Shown here piece by piece: positions 19,405 to 28,225 of a stretch of 32,000 nt of DNA. This DNA is from Raphidiopsis brookii D9 (GTDB taxonomy: Bacteria > Cyanobacteriota > Cyanobacteriia > Cyanobacteriales > Nostocaceae): assembly GCA_000175855.1 (NCBI GenBank), contig ACYB01000020.1:95753-127752 (forward strand), read 5' to 3'. Numbering within the stretch: the first letter of the stretch is position 1; the number at the start of each line of letters is the position of its first letter. The translations under genes were made by a program, and so were the position numbers. The notes beneath the pieces are model-generated. The model was given only the letters and a program-made list of their open reading frames with translations, was not told the origin of the DNA and did no database searches.

Positions 19405-20709
19405 ATGAAATGTGTAAACTGCGGAACTGATAACAAGCTAAGGGACAGAAAAGAAAGGAATGGAAGATGTAAACAATGTCATCACCAGTTCACTTTTGAA
19501 CCAACAGATATGGGAGCGGTAAAAATTACAGATGCCATGTTTTCTAAAACGTTGGCTGATATCTCTGTCAATCATACGTTACATTTTACAAATAAACAGT
19601 TTTTATATTTTTTAGATAGTCGTCTGAAGAAGAAAGCATTTAAATCCTCTGGTTTTTGGATACTGTACTTTTCGTTGAGTATTTTCCTAGCATCTATTTT
19701 TGGAATAGTGGGCAATTTAATTTTGCAAGTGTTATTTGTTACTTACTTATTTCTCCTTGCTCAGTCCAATAAACTTGATAGTTTTACTCGCAGAAATAGT
19801 GCCAAGAGATTGGTGTTTGTTGGCGTATTCATCTTAATATTTAGCACATTATTGTGGTGGTCATCTTACAATGTAAACTTGATTTTTTATTCCTTCACCT
19901 TTTTAGGAATCTTGTCAGTATTATTGGGAATACTCCAATTAGTCAGGATTAAAAATTCACGAGACTTAGGATATGATAGTCAAGAATTTTTAATTACTCA
20001 GTCAAATGTCAATGATTGGTTAGCAAGATGGCAATTATTGAATGGCAAAGTTGATAAAATCTTACCGGAAACACCAACCGAAATTGAAGCAGCATCTATT
20101 AATCCAGAAATAACCGCTTACAGTTTTGATAGACTAGTGGTTTGTAGTAGTCCCAGTATAGCTCAAGTGTTAATTGCTAATAACTTACATTTTGAGCATA
20201 ATTGTGCAATTTTAAGTATGAATGGTTATCCTGAAAATATTTTTGGGATAACCATGGAAATGTTAAAAAGAAACCCTAATTTACAGATTTTTGCTTTACA
20301 TGATTGTAGTCCTGAAGGTGTGAGTTTAGTAAATTATATTCGCACCGATGAAAATTGGTTTTTAAATAGTCAACTCCCCATTATTGATATTGGGTTATTA
20401 CCAAGACAAATTCTAGGCAATAAGGGAGGAATGTTTATACAAAATACAGCTACCTCAGCGGAAAAATCCAAGAACTTACCCATGGAAATTCGTCAAACTC
20501 TATCTGCTCAAGAATTAGCTTGGTTAGATGCTGGTAACTTTATCGAGTTAGAATCCTTTTCACCACAAACATTGATTCAAGTGATTAGAAATGCTATTTC
20601 TAGAAGTTTTGATTTAGTACCTGATAGTAATGGTTTATTAGTAATCAGCGATCCAGTTAATTATGTTGATACTAATAATAGTATTTACATGATTGAAAGT
20701 TTTGGTTAA
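19405..20709 (+). CDS. Zn-ribbon / polytopic membrane protein with uncharacterised C-terminal domain
   Basis: N-terminal CxxC...CxxC (MKCVNCG...GRCKQCH) and about 4 hydrophobic segments (FWILYFSLSIFLASIFGIVGNLIL..., LVFVGVFILIFSTLLWW, LIFYSFTFLGILSVLLGIL). The roughly 210-aa soluble C-terminal domain contains RLVVCSS...ILSMNGYPEN...FALHDCSPEGVSL. Confidence 0.6.
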   Translation: MKCVNCGTDNKLRDRKERNGRCKQCHHQFTFEPTDMGAVKITDAMFSKTLADISVNHTLHFTNKQFLYFLDSRLKKKAFKSSGFWILYFSLSIFLASIFGIVGNLILQVLFVTYLFLLAQSNKLDSFTRRNSAKRLVFVGVFILIFSTLLWWSSYNVNLIFYSFTFLGILSVLLGILQLVRIKNSRDLGYDSQEFLITQSNVNDWLARWQLLNGKVDKILPETPTEIEAASINPEITAYSFDRLVVCSSPSIAQVLIANNLHFEHNCAILSMNGYPENIFGITMEMLKRNPNLQIFALHDCSPEGVSLVNYIRTDENWFLNSQLPIIDIGLLPRQILGNKGGMFIQNTATSAEKSKNLPMEIRQTLSAQELAWLDAGNFIELESFSPQTLIQVIRNAISRSFDLVPDSNGLLVISDPVNYVDTNNSIYMIESFG

Positions 20710-20724
20710 GTTTATACATAAAAT

Positions 20725-22455
20725 TCATCGTTGGGATTTATTGACCTGTAACCAAATTTCTAAACTAACCAACAACCATAATTTCACACCATATCTTCCC
20801 CAAGTATCACCTTGAAAATCCAACCAGTTACGGATAATATCCTGATTTATATAGTTGGCAATTTCACCGTTTTTGTTCAATAACAATTTTCTGGCTTGTT
20901 TTTGCCAATATTTTCTAAACCCTAATTGTACGGGAACCATCATACCACTTTTAGGACGCTGAATGATTTCCTTAGGCAAAATATTACTGACCGCGTTTTT
21001 AAAAACGGCTTTTTCCTCAACTCCTGAAAGTTTATACTCCGGAGGAATTTGCATACTAAAATCAACTATACGCCGATCAAATAGAGGTGATAACCCTTGC
21101 AAACCAGCTCCTTGAGTGAGATTATTAACCTTGGTTAAAATATGGTCTGCTCCCTTAAATTTGATATTTAATATCATTAATCTGTTGAGATAATTTATCT
21201 TAGCATTTAAATCATCAACAAATACACAGGGTTGGTTTACTAGAGTCTGCCAAACTTCAGTTTTTAGCAGTTGCGGTAGGTCTAGAGCGCATTTTTGAAA
21301 AGATATTAAATAGGCTTTTAAAGAATCTTGATGATTAATTCTACTATATAAACTATTAATCAACATTGGTTGATTTTTGGGTCCACCAAAACAGGGATCT
21401 CCCCCTTCTCCATTCAAGATAATTTGCACATTTTCTCTAGCCAATTTGCCCAACAATAAATTTGGTACTGTCAATGGGTCACCTATAGGGTTATCCAGAT
21501 ATAACATAGTTTGTGGTAAAAGTTCCCACATTTGTTTAAATGTAATTTCTAAAATGTGATGTTCGGTTTGACAATGTTGGGCAACTAAACTAGAAAATTC
21601 GAGTTCGTTAGGTGTTTCGGTGCCAAAATGAATGGAATATGTATGAACTGGTGAATTATGAAATTTTCTGGTCAATGCTGTAATACTACTAGAATCCAAT
21701 CCACCGGAGAGAAATACTCCCACGGGTTGATTTTCAGGTAAATATTCTTTGACAACTTGTTCCAGTAAACAACGTAATTTTTCACCATACCATTCCAGAG
21801 GTTGATATGGTTCTATAATATTCTCTTTTAATTGCCAATAATGAGTAATTTCATGGGATGGAATTTTTAAAAATGTCCCTTGAGCAATTTCTTGCACATT
21901 TTGCCAAAGTGTCTTTGTTCCGGGAACAAATGCACAACATAAATAATCTCGTAATGCAATTAGATCCAACTGATGGTAGTGGTAAGGTGCAAGAGTTGTT
22001 AATTTAGGAGCTATGTAATATGTGCCACGATCAAGAGTGTAATATAAATTCTTTTTCCCTATGGCATCCCTAATCAAGTATAATTCTTGTTGGTTCCTAT
22101 CCCAAATGACAATATTAAACATTCCCAATAACATGGTCAATGATTGATGGTTGTATTTTTCCCACAGTTGGGCTACTATTTGTTGATCACTAATTTCAGT
22201 ATGATTATCAAGACATAACTTTTCTAAAAGTTGCCAGCGATTACTCAACCATATATCACCCATGATAATAAATCTTTGCTTGGGACTAACACTGAAATTC
22301 TCTGAGGAAACAAAGGCGATTTTTCGATCTTGCCAAATTATCTTCTCCCTTGATTTATTGATCTCATCCAGGTTACCATAGACCACAAACCAACTGGGAA
22401 TTAAGTCAAGATGTCCCGGTGGGAATTGACGATTTGGTCCAAGTTTAAAAAACAT
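20725..22455 (-). CDS. asparagine-synthetase-fold (PP-loop) enzyme, second paralogue, no N-terminal Cys nucleophile
   Basis: PP-loop VGVFLSGGLDSS (complement of 21691-21708), LNGEGGDPCFGGP and RPKSGMMVPV. An Ntn-like domain is retained (IIMGDIWLSN..., LGMFNIVIWD, IRDAIGKKNLYY), but the protein starts MFFKLGPNRQ. The preferred start is ATG 22455, with AAGGAG (22461-22466) 5 nt upstream; the track starts at GTG 22461. Confidence 0.8.
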   Translation of the reverse strand: MFFKLGPNRQFPPGHLDLIPSWFVVYGNLDEINKSREKIIWQDRKIAFVSSENFSVSPKQRFIIMGDIWLSNRWQLLEKLCLDNHTEISDQQIVAQLWEKYNHQSLTMLLGMFNIVIWDRNQQELYLIRDAIGKKNLYYTLDRGTYYIAPKLTTLAPYHYHQLDLIALRDYLCCAFVPGTKTLWQNVQEIAQGTFLKIPSHEITHYWQLKENIIEPYQPLEWYGEKLRCLLEQVVKEYLPENQPVGVFLSGGLDSSSITALTRKFHNSPVHTYSIHFGTETPNELEFSSLVAQHCQTEHHILEITFKQMWELLPQTMLYLDNPIGDPLTVPNLLLGKLARENVQIILNGEGGDPCFGGPKNQPMLINSLYSRINHQDSLKAYLISFQKCALDLPQLLKTEVWQTLVNQPCVFVDDLNAKINYLNRLMILNIKFKGADHILTKVNNLTQGAGLQGLSPLFDRRIVDFSMQIPPEYKLSGVEEKAVFKNAVSNILPKEIIQRPKSGMMVPVQLGFRKYWQKQARKLLLNKNGEIANYINQDIIRNWLDFQGDTWGRYGVKLWLLVSLEIWLQVNKSQR

Positions 22456-22530
22456 TCTCACTCCTTACTATTGCTTAACCTGTTGGTGTAACCTTTAGTA
22501 TAACTAATCAAACTAATCATTTAACCTAAA

Positions 22531-23268
22531 ATGAATGATCAAAACATGATCAAAACAATTTTCGTTCCCCAGGGATCAGAGTACCAAGCTGTTTATCGTG
22601 GATTAAATTCTGTGTTCAGGAATTCTGTCTCTAATTCAAAGATACAAGTCATTGGCATACCTATGGGCATTTCATCACTTCAAGAATTCCTCACAAGGAA
22701 ATATCAACACCTAAAGCAATCAAATCAAAGAATATTACTTATGGGACTATGTGGTAGTCTCCACGGAAGTTATCGTGTGGGTGATACTGTATTATATGAA
22801 AAGTGTATATATGATAAAAAACAATTAGATAAGACAAATCCAGTAAACTCAATAAATCAAATAAACTGCGACATTAGTTTAACTCAAGATATATATGAGC
22901 GTATTGGAAATAGGGTATCGTTAGTGAGGGGAATAACAAGTGATACAGTAGTTTTTAAATCCTCTGAAAAACGGAGTCTACATCAAAAATTTGGTGCTGA
23001 TGTGGTGGACATGGAAGGATTTGGGTTCCTAGAGTTTTTCCAGGGAACAGGGATATCCACCGCAATACTAAGAGTTGTTAGTGATGATTCAATTCATGAC
23101 ATACCAGACTTGACCAAAGCTATCAACTCCCAAGGTTTACTGGAGATCTTACCTTTAGTAATCACTTTAACTCGACAACCTATAGCTGCTAGTCACTTAA
23201 TTAGGGGTTCACTATGCGGATTAAAGCAATTAGAGACAGTAACTAGGTGTTTAGCAATTCAGGAGTAA
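22531..23268 (+). CDS. PNP_UDP_1 (MTA/SAH-nucleosidase-like) phosphorylase-family protein
   Basis: ILLMGLCGSL, GADVVDMEGFGF and ILRVVSDD blocks typical of the nucleoside phosphorylase/MTAN fold. An alternative start is ATG 22546. Confidence 0.7.
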   Translation: MNDQNMIKTIFVPQGSEYQAVYRGLNSVFRNSVSNSKIQVIGIPMGISSLQEFLTRKYQHLKQSNQRILLMGLCGSLHGSYRVGDTVLYEKCIYDKKQLDKTNPVNSINQINCDISLTQDIYERIGNRVSLVRGITSDTVVFKSSEKRSLHQKFGADVVDMEGFGFLEFFQGTGISTAILRVVSDDSIHDIPDLTKAINSQGLLEILPLVITLTRQPIAASHLIRGSLCGLKQLETVTRCLAIQE

Positions 23269-23297
23269 GTCCCTGAAATACCCAACAAATCAGGGAC
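23269..23297 (+). terminator. stem-loop directly after the nucleosidase stop codon
   Basis: GTCCCTGA (23269-23276) pairs with TCAGGGAC (23290-23297), giving an 8-bp perfect stem and a 13-nt loop. No T tract follows, so intrinsic-terminator function is uncertain. Confidence 0.35.
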
Positions 23298-23349
23298 AGG
23301 CAAAATTGAAGCAAATTCAGTTCTTTAACAATCACTATTAAATGAATCA

Positions 23350-23481
23350 TCAAATTGCTGATAGTAGTATTTGAGAATCAAAAAACATTTTAAAAGAATC
23401 ATTAGGGACAAGTTGACGCAGATGCTGAATATAGCCATCCATATCTGACTTACTGCGAAAGCGAGCAACAATACGCTGCAT
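23350..23481 (-). CDS. candidate small protein, 43 aa (below the ORF-track cutoff)
   Basis: Hand translation of the minus strand gives MQRIVARFRSKSDMDGYIQHLRQLVPNDSFKMFFDSQILLSAI*. It lies 72 nt downstream of hlyD on the same strand. From memory it resembles a small conserved cyanobacterial protein family (xRIVARFRxRxDAE...), which is unverified. It has no strong SD. Confidence 0.4.
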   Translation of the reverse strand: MQRIVARFRSKSDMDGYIQHLRQLVPNDSFKMFFDSQILLSAI

Positions 23482-23552
23482 TAGGTTAAGTAAGAAATAG
23501 GCGTTCAGTCTAGCACTAGTTGCCAAAAGTTAGCAAGTGGATAACTAGTTAA

Positions 23553-25118
23553 TTACCTTACTTTCTGTAAGCTCTCAAATTGATTAGTAAACACATCCGT
23601 AAACAAACTCATAACGCTCCTTTCCTCACGCACTTTGATATTGGCAGTAATGGCCATACCAGACTGTAAAGCAATAGTTCTACCTTGAGATTCTATAGTT
23701 TGTTTATTTAAACTAACCCGCGCTGGAAAGCGATAAAACTGATGGGTCTGGTCAGGAGGTAAAGCATCTGAACCGATATTAGTTACTTTACCTTTGATAT
23801 CGCCAAACTCAGTAAAGGGGAAGGAATCAATTCTCACATCCACCTTCATTCCCTCCTTCACAAATCCAATATCCTTATTGGTGATAAATACCTCTGCTAT
23901 ATATTTATCATTGGGGACAATCTGGAGTAACTTTTGTGTTGGGTTAGCCACAAAACCTGGGTTTTTTGCCTGCATATCAAATATTATACCTGACACGGGA
24001 GCACGAAGTTCTTGATATTTGACGTTTAATTTTGTCTGGGAAATTTTACTGTTAATGTCTGACAATCTCTGTTCATTTTCTAAAATTATTCTCATAAATT
24101 GGCTGTCTATTTCCGCCATTCGCTTTTTGTTAGTAGCTATCTGTTCCAACACGTTCTTATCGGTGACTGCTACAGTGTTAGCTACCTCTTGTTGTGCCCT
24201 TTGAATATCAAACTGTAGACGCTTTTCTTCTTCCAACAACTGAGCTATTTCCGCTTTCAAGTTTTGCACCTGCTGTTGCTGATTGAGATATTGCAGTTGA
24301 GAAATACCTCCCTCTTTGGCGAGGACTTCTACCCTATGTAAGATTCCTTGTTGAATTGATAGACTGTTCTGTGTATCCTTTCTCTTCACTATTGTTTGAG
24401 ATAGTTGTTTCTTAATTTTTTCTACCTCGAATTTGGCCGCATTGGAGCGAGATTCTAATTCTTTTCTAGCTACAATTAGTCTTTGTTGCTCATCAATTCC
24501 TCCTCCTACTTGCGCGTTGGAATTTCCCAGTTGTGAACGTAACAATTGATTTTCTTCTACTAGAGAAATCCGACTTTTTAATAGAAATGCTGCTTCTGCT
24601 GGTAGACCACCACCCAGAAAATTCAATTCTGAACTGACAGCACTACTTGCATTCATCAAACGACGATAGATGTCATTCTCCCTGATTAAAACAGCACGAA
24701 CGTTATTGAGAGATCCGAGCTCAGCTCGGGTAGCAATGGATTCAAATGTTAATAGTAGATCTCCCTTTTTCACCTCCTGTCCATCCTTGACATGAATAGA
24801 CTCTACCACACCACTAATAGGTGCTTGTACATCCTTTACCGTACCCTCTGGTTTTAATTGTCCTGTAGCGGGAACTACTTGTTCAATTTTTGCATAATAA
24901 GCCCAACCCACGCCAAAACAGGCCACAAGCATCAAGGTAATCATGATTGTGCGTGACCAAATGGGTGATTGTCGTAAAACTATGGATTGTTCAAAGCTGT
25001 CTTGATAAGCATGACTTAAATTCCCTGCTTTGGCTTTTGATAGGGTTTGAAGTACCCCCAGATTAGTATTTTTACCATTACTATTGCCTATTGGATGATC
25101 GTTATTAAATTGAGTCAT
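23553..25118 (-). CDS. HlyD-family membrane-fusion/periplasmic adaptor protein
   Basis: N-terminal TM (TIMITLMLVACFGVGWAYY), a lipoyl-like hairpin (APISGVVESIHVKDGQEVKKGDLLLTFES), a long Gln/Glu-rich coiled coil and a C-terminal barrel (APVSGIIFD...). It is immediately downstream of the ABC exporter. Confidence 0.9.
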   Translation of the reverse strand: MTQFNNDHPIGNSNGKNTNLGVLQTLSKAKAGNLSHAYQDSFEQSIVLRQSPIWSRTIMITLMLVACFGVGWAYYAKIEQVVPATGQLKPEGTVKDVQAPISGVVESIHVKDGQEVKKGDLLLTFESIATRAELGSLNNVRAVLIRENDIYRRLMNASSAVSSELNFLGGGLPAEAAFLLKSRISLVEENQLLRSQLGNSNAQVGGGIDEQQRLIVARKELESRSNAAKFEVEKIKKQLSQTIVKRKDTQNSLSIQQGILHRVEVLAKEGGISQLQYLNQQQQVQNLKAEIAQLLEEEKRLQFDIQRAQQEVANTVAVTDKNVLEQIATNKKRMAEIDSQFMRIILENEQRLSDINSKISQTKLNVKYQELRAPVSGIIFDMQAKNPGFVANPTQKLLQIVPNDKYIAEVFITNKDIGFVKEGMKVDVRIDSFPFTEFGDIKGKVTNIGSDALPPDQTHQFYRFPARVSLNKQTIESQGRTIALQSGMAITANIKVREERSVMSLFTDVFTNQFESLQKVR

Positions 25119-25146
25119 AAGGATTTTTCGGGTTGATGATTGAGTA

Positions 25147-27153
25147 TTAAAGATTGACTTCCTGTTGCTGGTAAAGGTAGAAATAGTGTCCTTTAGCAGT
25201 CATTAGTTTTTGGTGACTACCCTGTTCCACAACTCTACCGCCATCCATGACTACAATTGTATCTGAATTGCTCACAGTATTGAGACGGTGAGTGATAAAG
25301 AAAACAGTTTTGCCCTGGAATGCTTTAGCCAAGTTCAAGCATATTTGCCTTTCTGTGGGATAGTCTAGGGCACTTGTGGCTTCATCTAAAACTAATATTT
25401 TAGGTTTTTGCAGTATGGAACGAGCAATGGCTATTCTTTGTCTTTGTCCTCCAGACAGGTTCGACCCTTTTTCCCCAACTTTGGTGTTATAACCATTGGA
25501 GAGATTCATGATAAATTCATGAGCAACTGCTATTTGAGCTGCTTCCACCACTTCCTCCGTGGTGGCGTCAGGATTGGTTAGGGCTATATTATCGAATACT
25601 GTTCCATCAAATAATAGAGTATCTTGGGGAACCACACCGATTTGTCTTCTGACGGAATAAAGCTCAACCTTGCTGATGTCGTAACCATCAATAAAAATTC
25701 TCCCAGACTCAGTATTATAAAGTCTCAGGAGTAATTTCATCATGGTACTTTTTCCTGACCCACTTTGTCCCACAATGCCCACAAATGTGCCCGCTGGAAA
25801 ATCTAAACTGACGTTATTTAGTTGCAGGGATCCGTTTGTCGCAAAGCGGAAGCAAACATTTTCATATTTGACTGCACCAACAACACTGGGTAAGGGAATA
25901 TTATCTTTGTCTACTTCTGCTTCCTGAGGTGTGTCCACAATATCACTCAATCTCTCCAGGGATAATCCTGTTTCTTGGAAGTTTTGCCAGATTTGTGCCA
26001 GTCTCAATATGGGACTGGTAACATAACTAGAAATAATTCTAAAAGCAATTAATTCCCCTAGAGTTAATTCTCCTTGTAAAACTAAATAAGCTCCTACCCA
26101 TAATACTAACAAGCTACTTAGTTTATTGAGAAACTGACTAGTAGAATTAGCTAATGTTGATGTAATAACTGTTTTAAAACCTGCGGAAACAAACTTAGCA
26201 TAACGCTCTTGCCAAGAAAAGCGCGATCGCAGTTCAATATTTTGGGCCTTTACCGTTTGAATACCAGACATTACCTCCACTAAATAGGACTGGGTAGTGG
26301 CATTGCGTTCTGCTTTTGTGCGCAATTGTCGGCTAACAGTAGGAGCAGCAATTAATGTAATCACGACAAAGAGGGGAATAGTTCCCAGTCCCACCAAGGT
26401 TAGTTCCCAACTATAAAACACCATAACGACGATATAGATCACAGAAAATATCGCATCCAGTCCAACTGTCAAAGCTGTTCCTGTGAGAAACTGGCGAATA
26501 TTTTCTAACTCATTCACCCGAGTAGCTAATTCCCCCACGGGTCTGCGTTCAAAATAACGCAGTGGCAGTCTGAGTAAATGATCAATAATTTGTGAACCCA
26601 ACCCCATATCAATGCGGTTAGTGGTATCTACGAATAAATAGGTTCGTAAGGTAGTTAATATGGCTTCAAACACACCAACCGCTAATAGTAATACCCCCAA
26701 AACATTCAGGGTACTAATACTATTTTGTACTATGACTTTATCGATAATTAACTGAATAACCAGTGGATTTGCCAATGCGGCCAGTTGTACAAAAAATGAA
26801 GCAATAAATACTTCTATTAAAACCCGGCGGTAACGTGATAAGTAGGGGAGAAACCAACGTAGTCCAAAGCGCTCTTGAGGGGTTTCGGAGGTGGGACTAA
26901 TCTGGAGGACTTTGATTTGAGATTCCGGATTAGTATCATCAGTTGGTATTTGCTCTAGCAGTTTGGTGGGTTTATAGTTGATTATTCCCTGGGATGGAAT
27001 AGCTACAACTATTCTACTTGCATCTGCTTCATAAACCACAGCATAACCATCCCGGTGTTGGATAATAGCTGGTGTCTGAATCTCCGCAATTTTATTGGGA
27101 TGAATATCTACTAACTGGGATTTTAACCCAATAACTTCCCCACATAGGCGCAA
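25147..27153 (-). CDS. ABC exporter, 3' fragment: C-terminal half of the C39-like domain, ABC transmembrane domain and NBD
   Basis: Six-helix ABC_membrane region, Walker A GQSGSGKST, signature LSGGQRQRIAIAR and Walker B ILVLDEATSALD. The track start is TTG 27153, but the reading frame continues the upstream 344-aa ORF after a 1-nt frame change. Confidence 0.9.
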   Translation of the reverse strand: MRLCGEVIGLKSQLVDIHPNKIAEIQTPAIIQHRDGYAVVYEADASRIVVAIPSQGIINYKPTKLLEQIPTDDTNPESQIKVLQISPTSETPQERFGLRWFLPYLSRYRRVLIEVFIASFFVQLAALANPLVIQLIIDKVIVQNSISTLNVLGVLLLAVGVFEAILTTLRTYLFVDTTNRIDMGLGSQIIDHLLRLPLRYFERRPVGELATRVNELENIRQFLTGTALTVGLDAIFSVIYIVVMVFYSWELTLVGLGTIPLFVVITLIAAPTVSRQLRTKAERNATTQSYLVEVMSGIQTVKAQNIELRSRFSWQERYAKFVSAGFKTVITSTLANSTSQFLNKLSSLLVLWVGAYLVLQGELTLGELIAFRIISSYVTSPILRLAQIWQNFQETGLSLERLSDIVDTPQEAEVDKDNIPLPSVVGAVKYENVCFRFATNGSLQLNNVSLDFPAGTFVGIVGQSGSGKSTMMKLLLRLYNTESGRIFIDGYDISKVELYSVRRQIGVVPQDTLLFDGTVFDNIALTNPDATTEEVVEAAQIAVAHEFIMNLSNGYNTKVGEKGSNLSGGQRQRIAIARSILQKPKILVLDEATSALDYPTERQICLNLAKAFQGKTVFFITHRLNTVSNSDTIVVMDGGRVVEQGSHQKLMTAKGHYFYLYQQQEVNL

Positions 27154-28157
27154 AGTTGAAAAGATACATTACCTTGACGTTTAAGGTTATCACTTAAAAT
27201 CCGACGAACTACTTCCTTACGCAGGGGAATTTGTAAGTGCTTGGCCAACATCTGAAAGCAAGCCAATGTGGAATTTAGCTCACCCCACCCCGCAAAAAAT
27301 GGATATTTCTGACGATTTTTACTCGATTTTGCTTTTCTATTTTCCTGGGGAGAAAATTCTGTCGTTATGGCAAAGGGAATATCTATAACATCAACATCTG
27401 TTTTTTTACGTGGATCTTCTATCTTTTCTGGTTCCCTATTCTCTTGTTGTTCCAGCAACAATAACGCTTCACAACTAATACCCAATAACCGGGCTGGAAT
27501 TTTTCCTTTAACCTGTAAAACCTCTCGATTGTTGCTTGACACTATCTGGGAATTCACGGGGAAATTTGTAATCTGACCGCTACTCACAAACCAAGTTCTA
27601 TCACTTCCTAGTTGGTCTAATGGAGTTTTTCCTGGGGGTAGATATTGGATTTTAGACTCTGGTAAAATATCTCGGGTTATATCCTTCAAATTCAGATTTC
27701 CATAGGCTTTTTGAGCTACATGATGGCTAATCACATCAAAAACCTCTATGATGTGATTTTTTTCTTGACGCTCCTTGGCAAAATCAGAGTTTTGGGAAAA
27801 TACTGACAGATAATCTACTGGGTTCCAAGTTAAACATACTACCTCCGTCGATGCGATCGCCGTTTCGCAGGCTATCTGTCGCAGATAACTAATTTCCCCA
27901 ATTATTGCTCCTGGTTCCAACATTTGGAGGGTAATTGGCAATTGACTTTGGAGATGATATGCCAATAATCTCACCTTTCCTTGGTACACAATTACTATCC
28001 GCTCTGGTAGTTTTTCCTTACCAACAATTTTCTGACCCAACCGGTAACGTAAAGGTTGTTGTTTTGACAGCAAATGGTTGATTTCTGTTGCGGATAGCCT
28101 TTCAAACCCTGGAATTTTATGAAGAAATTCCGACAACTCCTGACTACTGTAGCTCAT
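27123..28157 (-). CDS. ABC exporter, 5' fragment: cyclic-nucleotide-binding domain and N-terminal half of the C39-like domain
   Basis: cNMP-binding-type block (IVIVYQGKVRLL...GAIIGEISYLRQIACETAIAS) is followed by YPFFAGWGELNSTLACFQMLAKHL, which aligns by eye to the C39 Q...DCGxACL region. The fragment overlaps the 3' fragment by 31 nt in another frame. Confidence 0.8.
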   Translation of the reverse strand: MSYSSQELSEFLHKIPGFERLSATEINHLLSKQQPLRYRLGQKIVGKEKLPERIVIVYQGKVRLLAYHLQSQLPITLQMLEPGAIIGEISYLRQIACETAIASTEVVCLTWNPVDYLSVFSQNSDFAKERQEKNHIIEVFDVISHHVAQKAYGNLNLKDITRDILPESKIQYLPPGKTPLDQLGSDRTWFVSSGQITNFPVNSQIVSSNNREVLQVKGKIPARLLGISCEALLLLEQQENREPEKIEDPRKKTDVDVIDIPFAITTEFSPQENRKAKSSKNRQKYPFFAGWGELNSTLACFQMLAKHLQIPLRKEVVRRILSDNLKRQGNVSFQLCAYVGKLLG

Positions 28158-28225
28158 ATTTGTGTTCTTTGTTATACATTCTAAGGGTTTTTGGTCATAA
28201 TTTGGTTATAAACAGGAAACAACGA

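Noticed and set aside
16264-22461. Interpretation of the two AsnB-like genes as a lasso-peptide gene cluster.
   Set aside because: There is no transglutaminase-like leader peptidase (B protein), no PqqD-like RRE and no plausible precursor ORF anywhere in 15.3-23.5 kb. Two cyclases plus a LysA homologue is not lasso-like.
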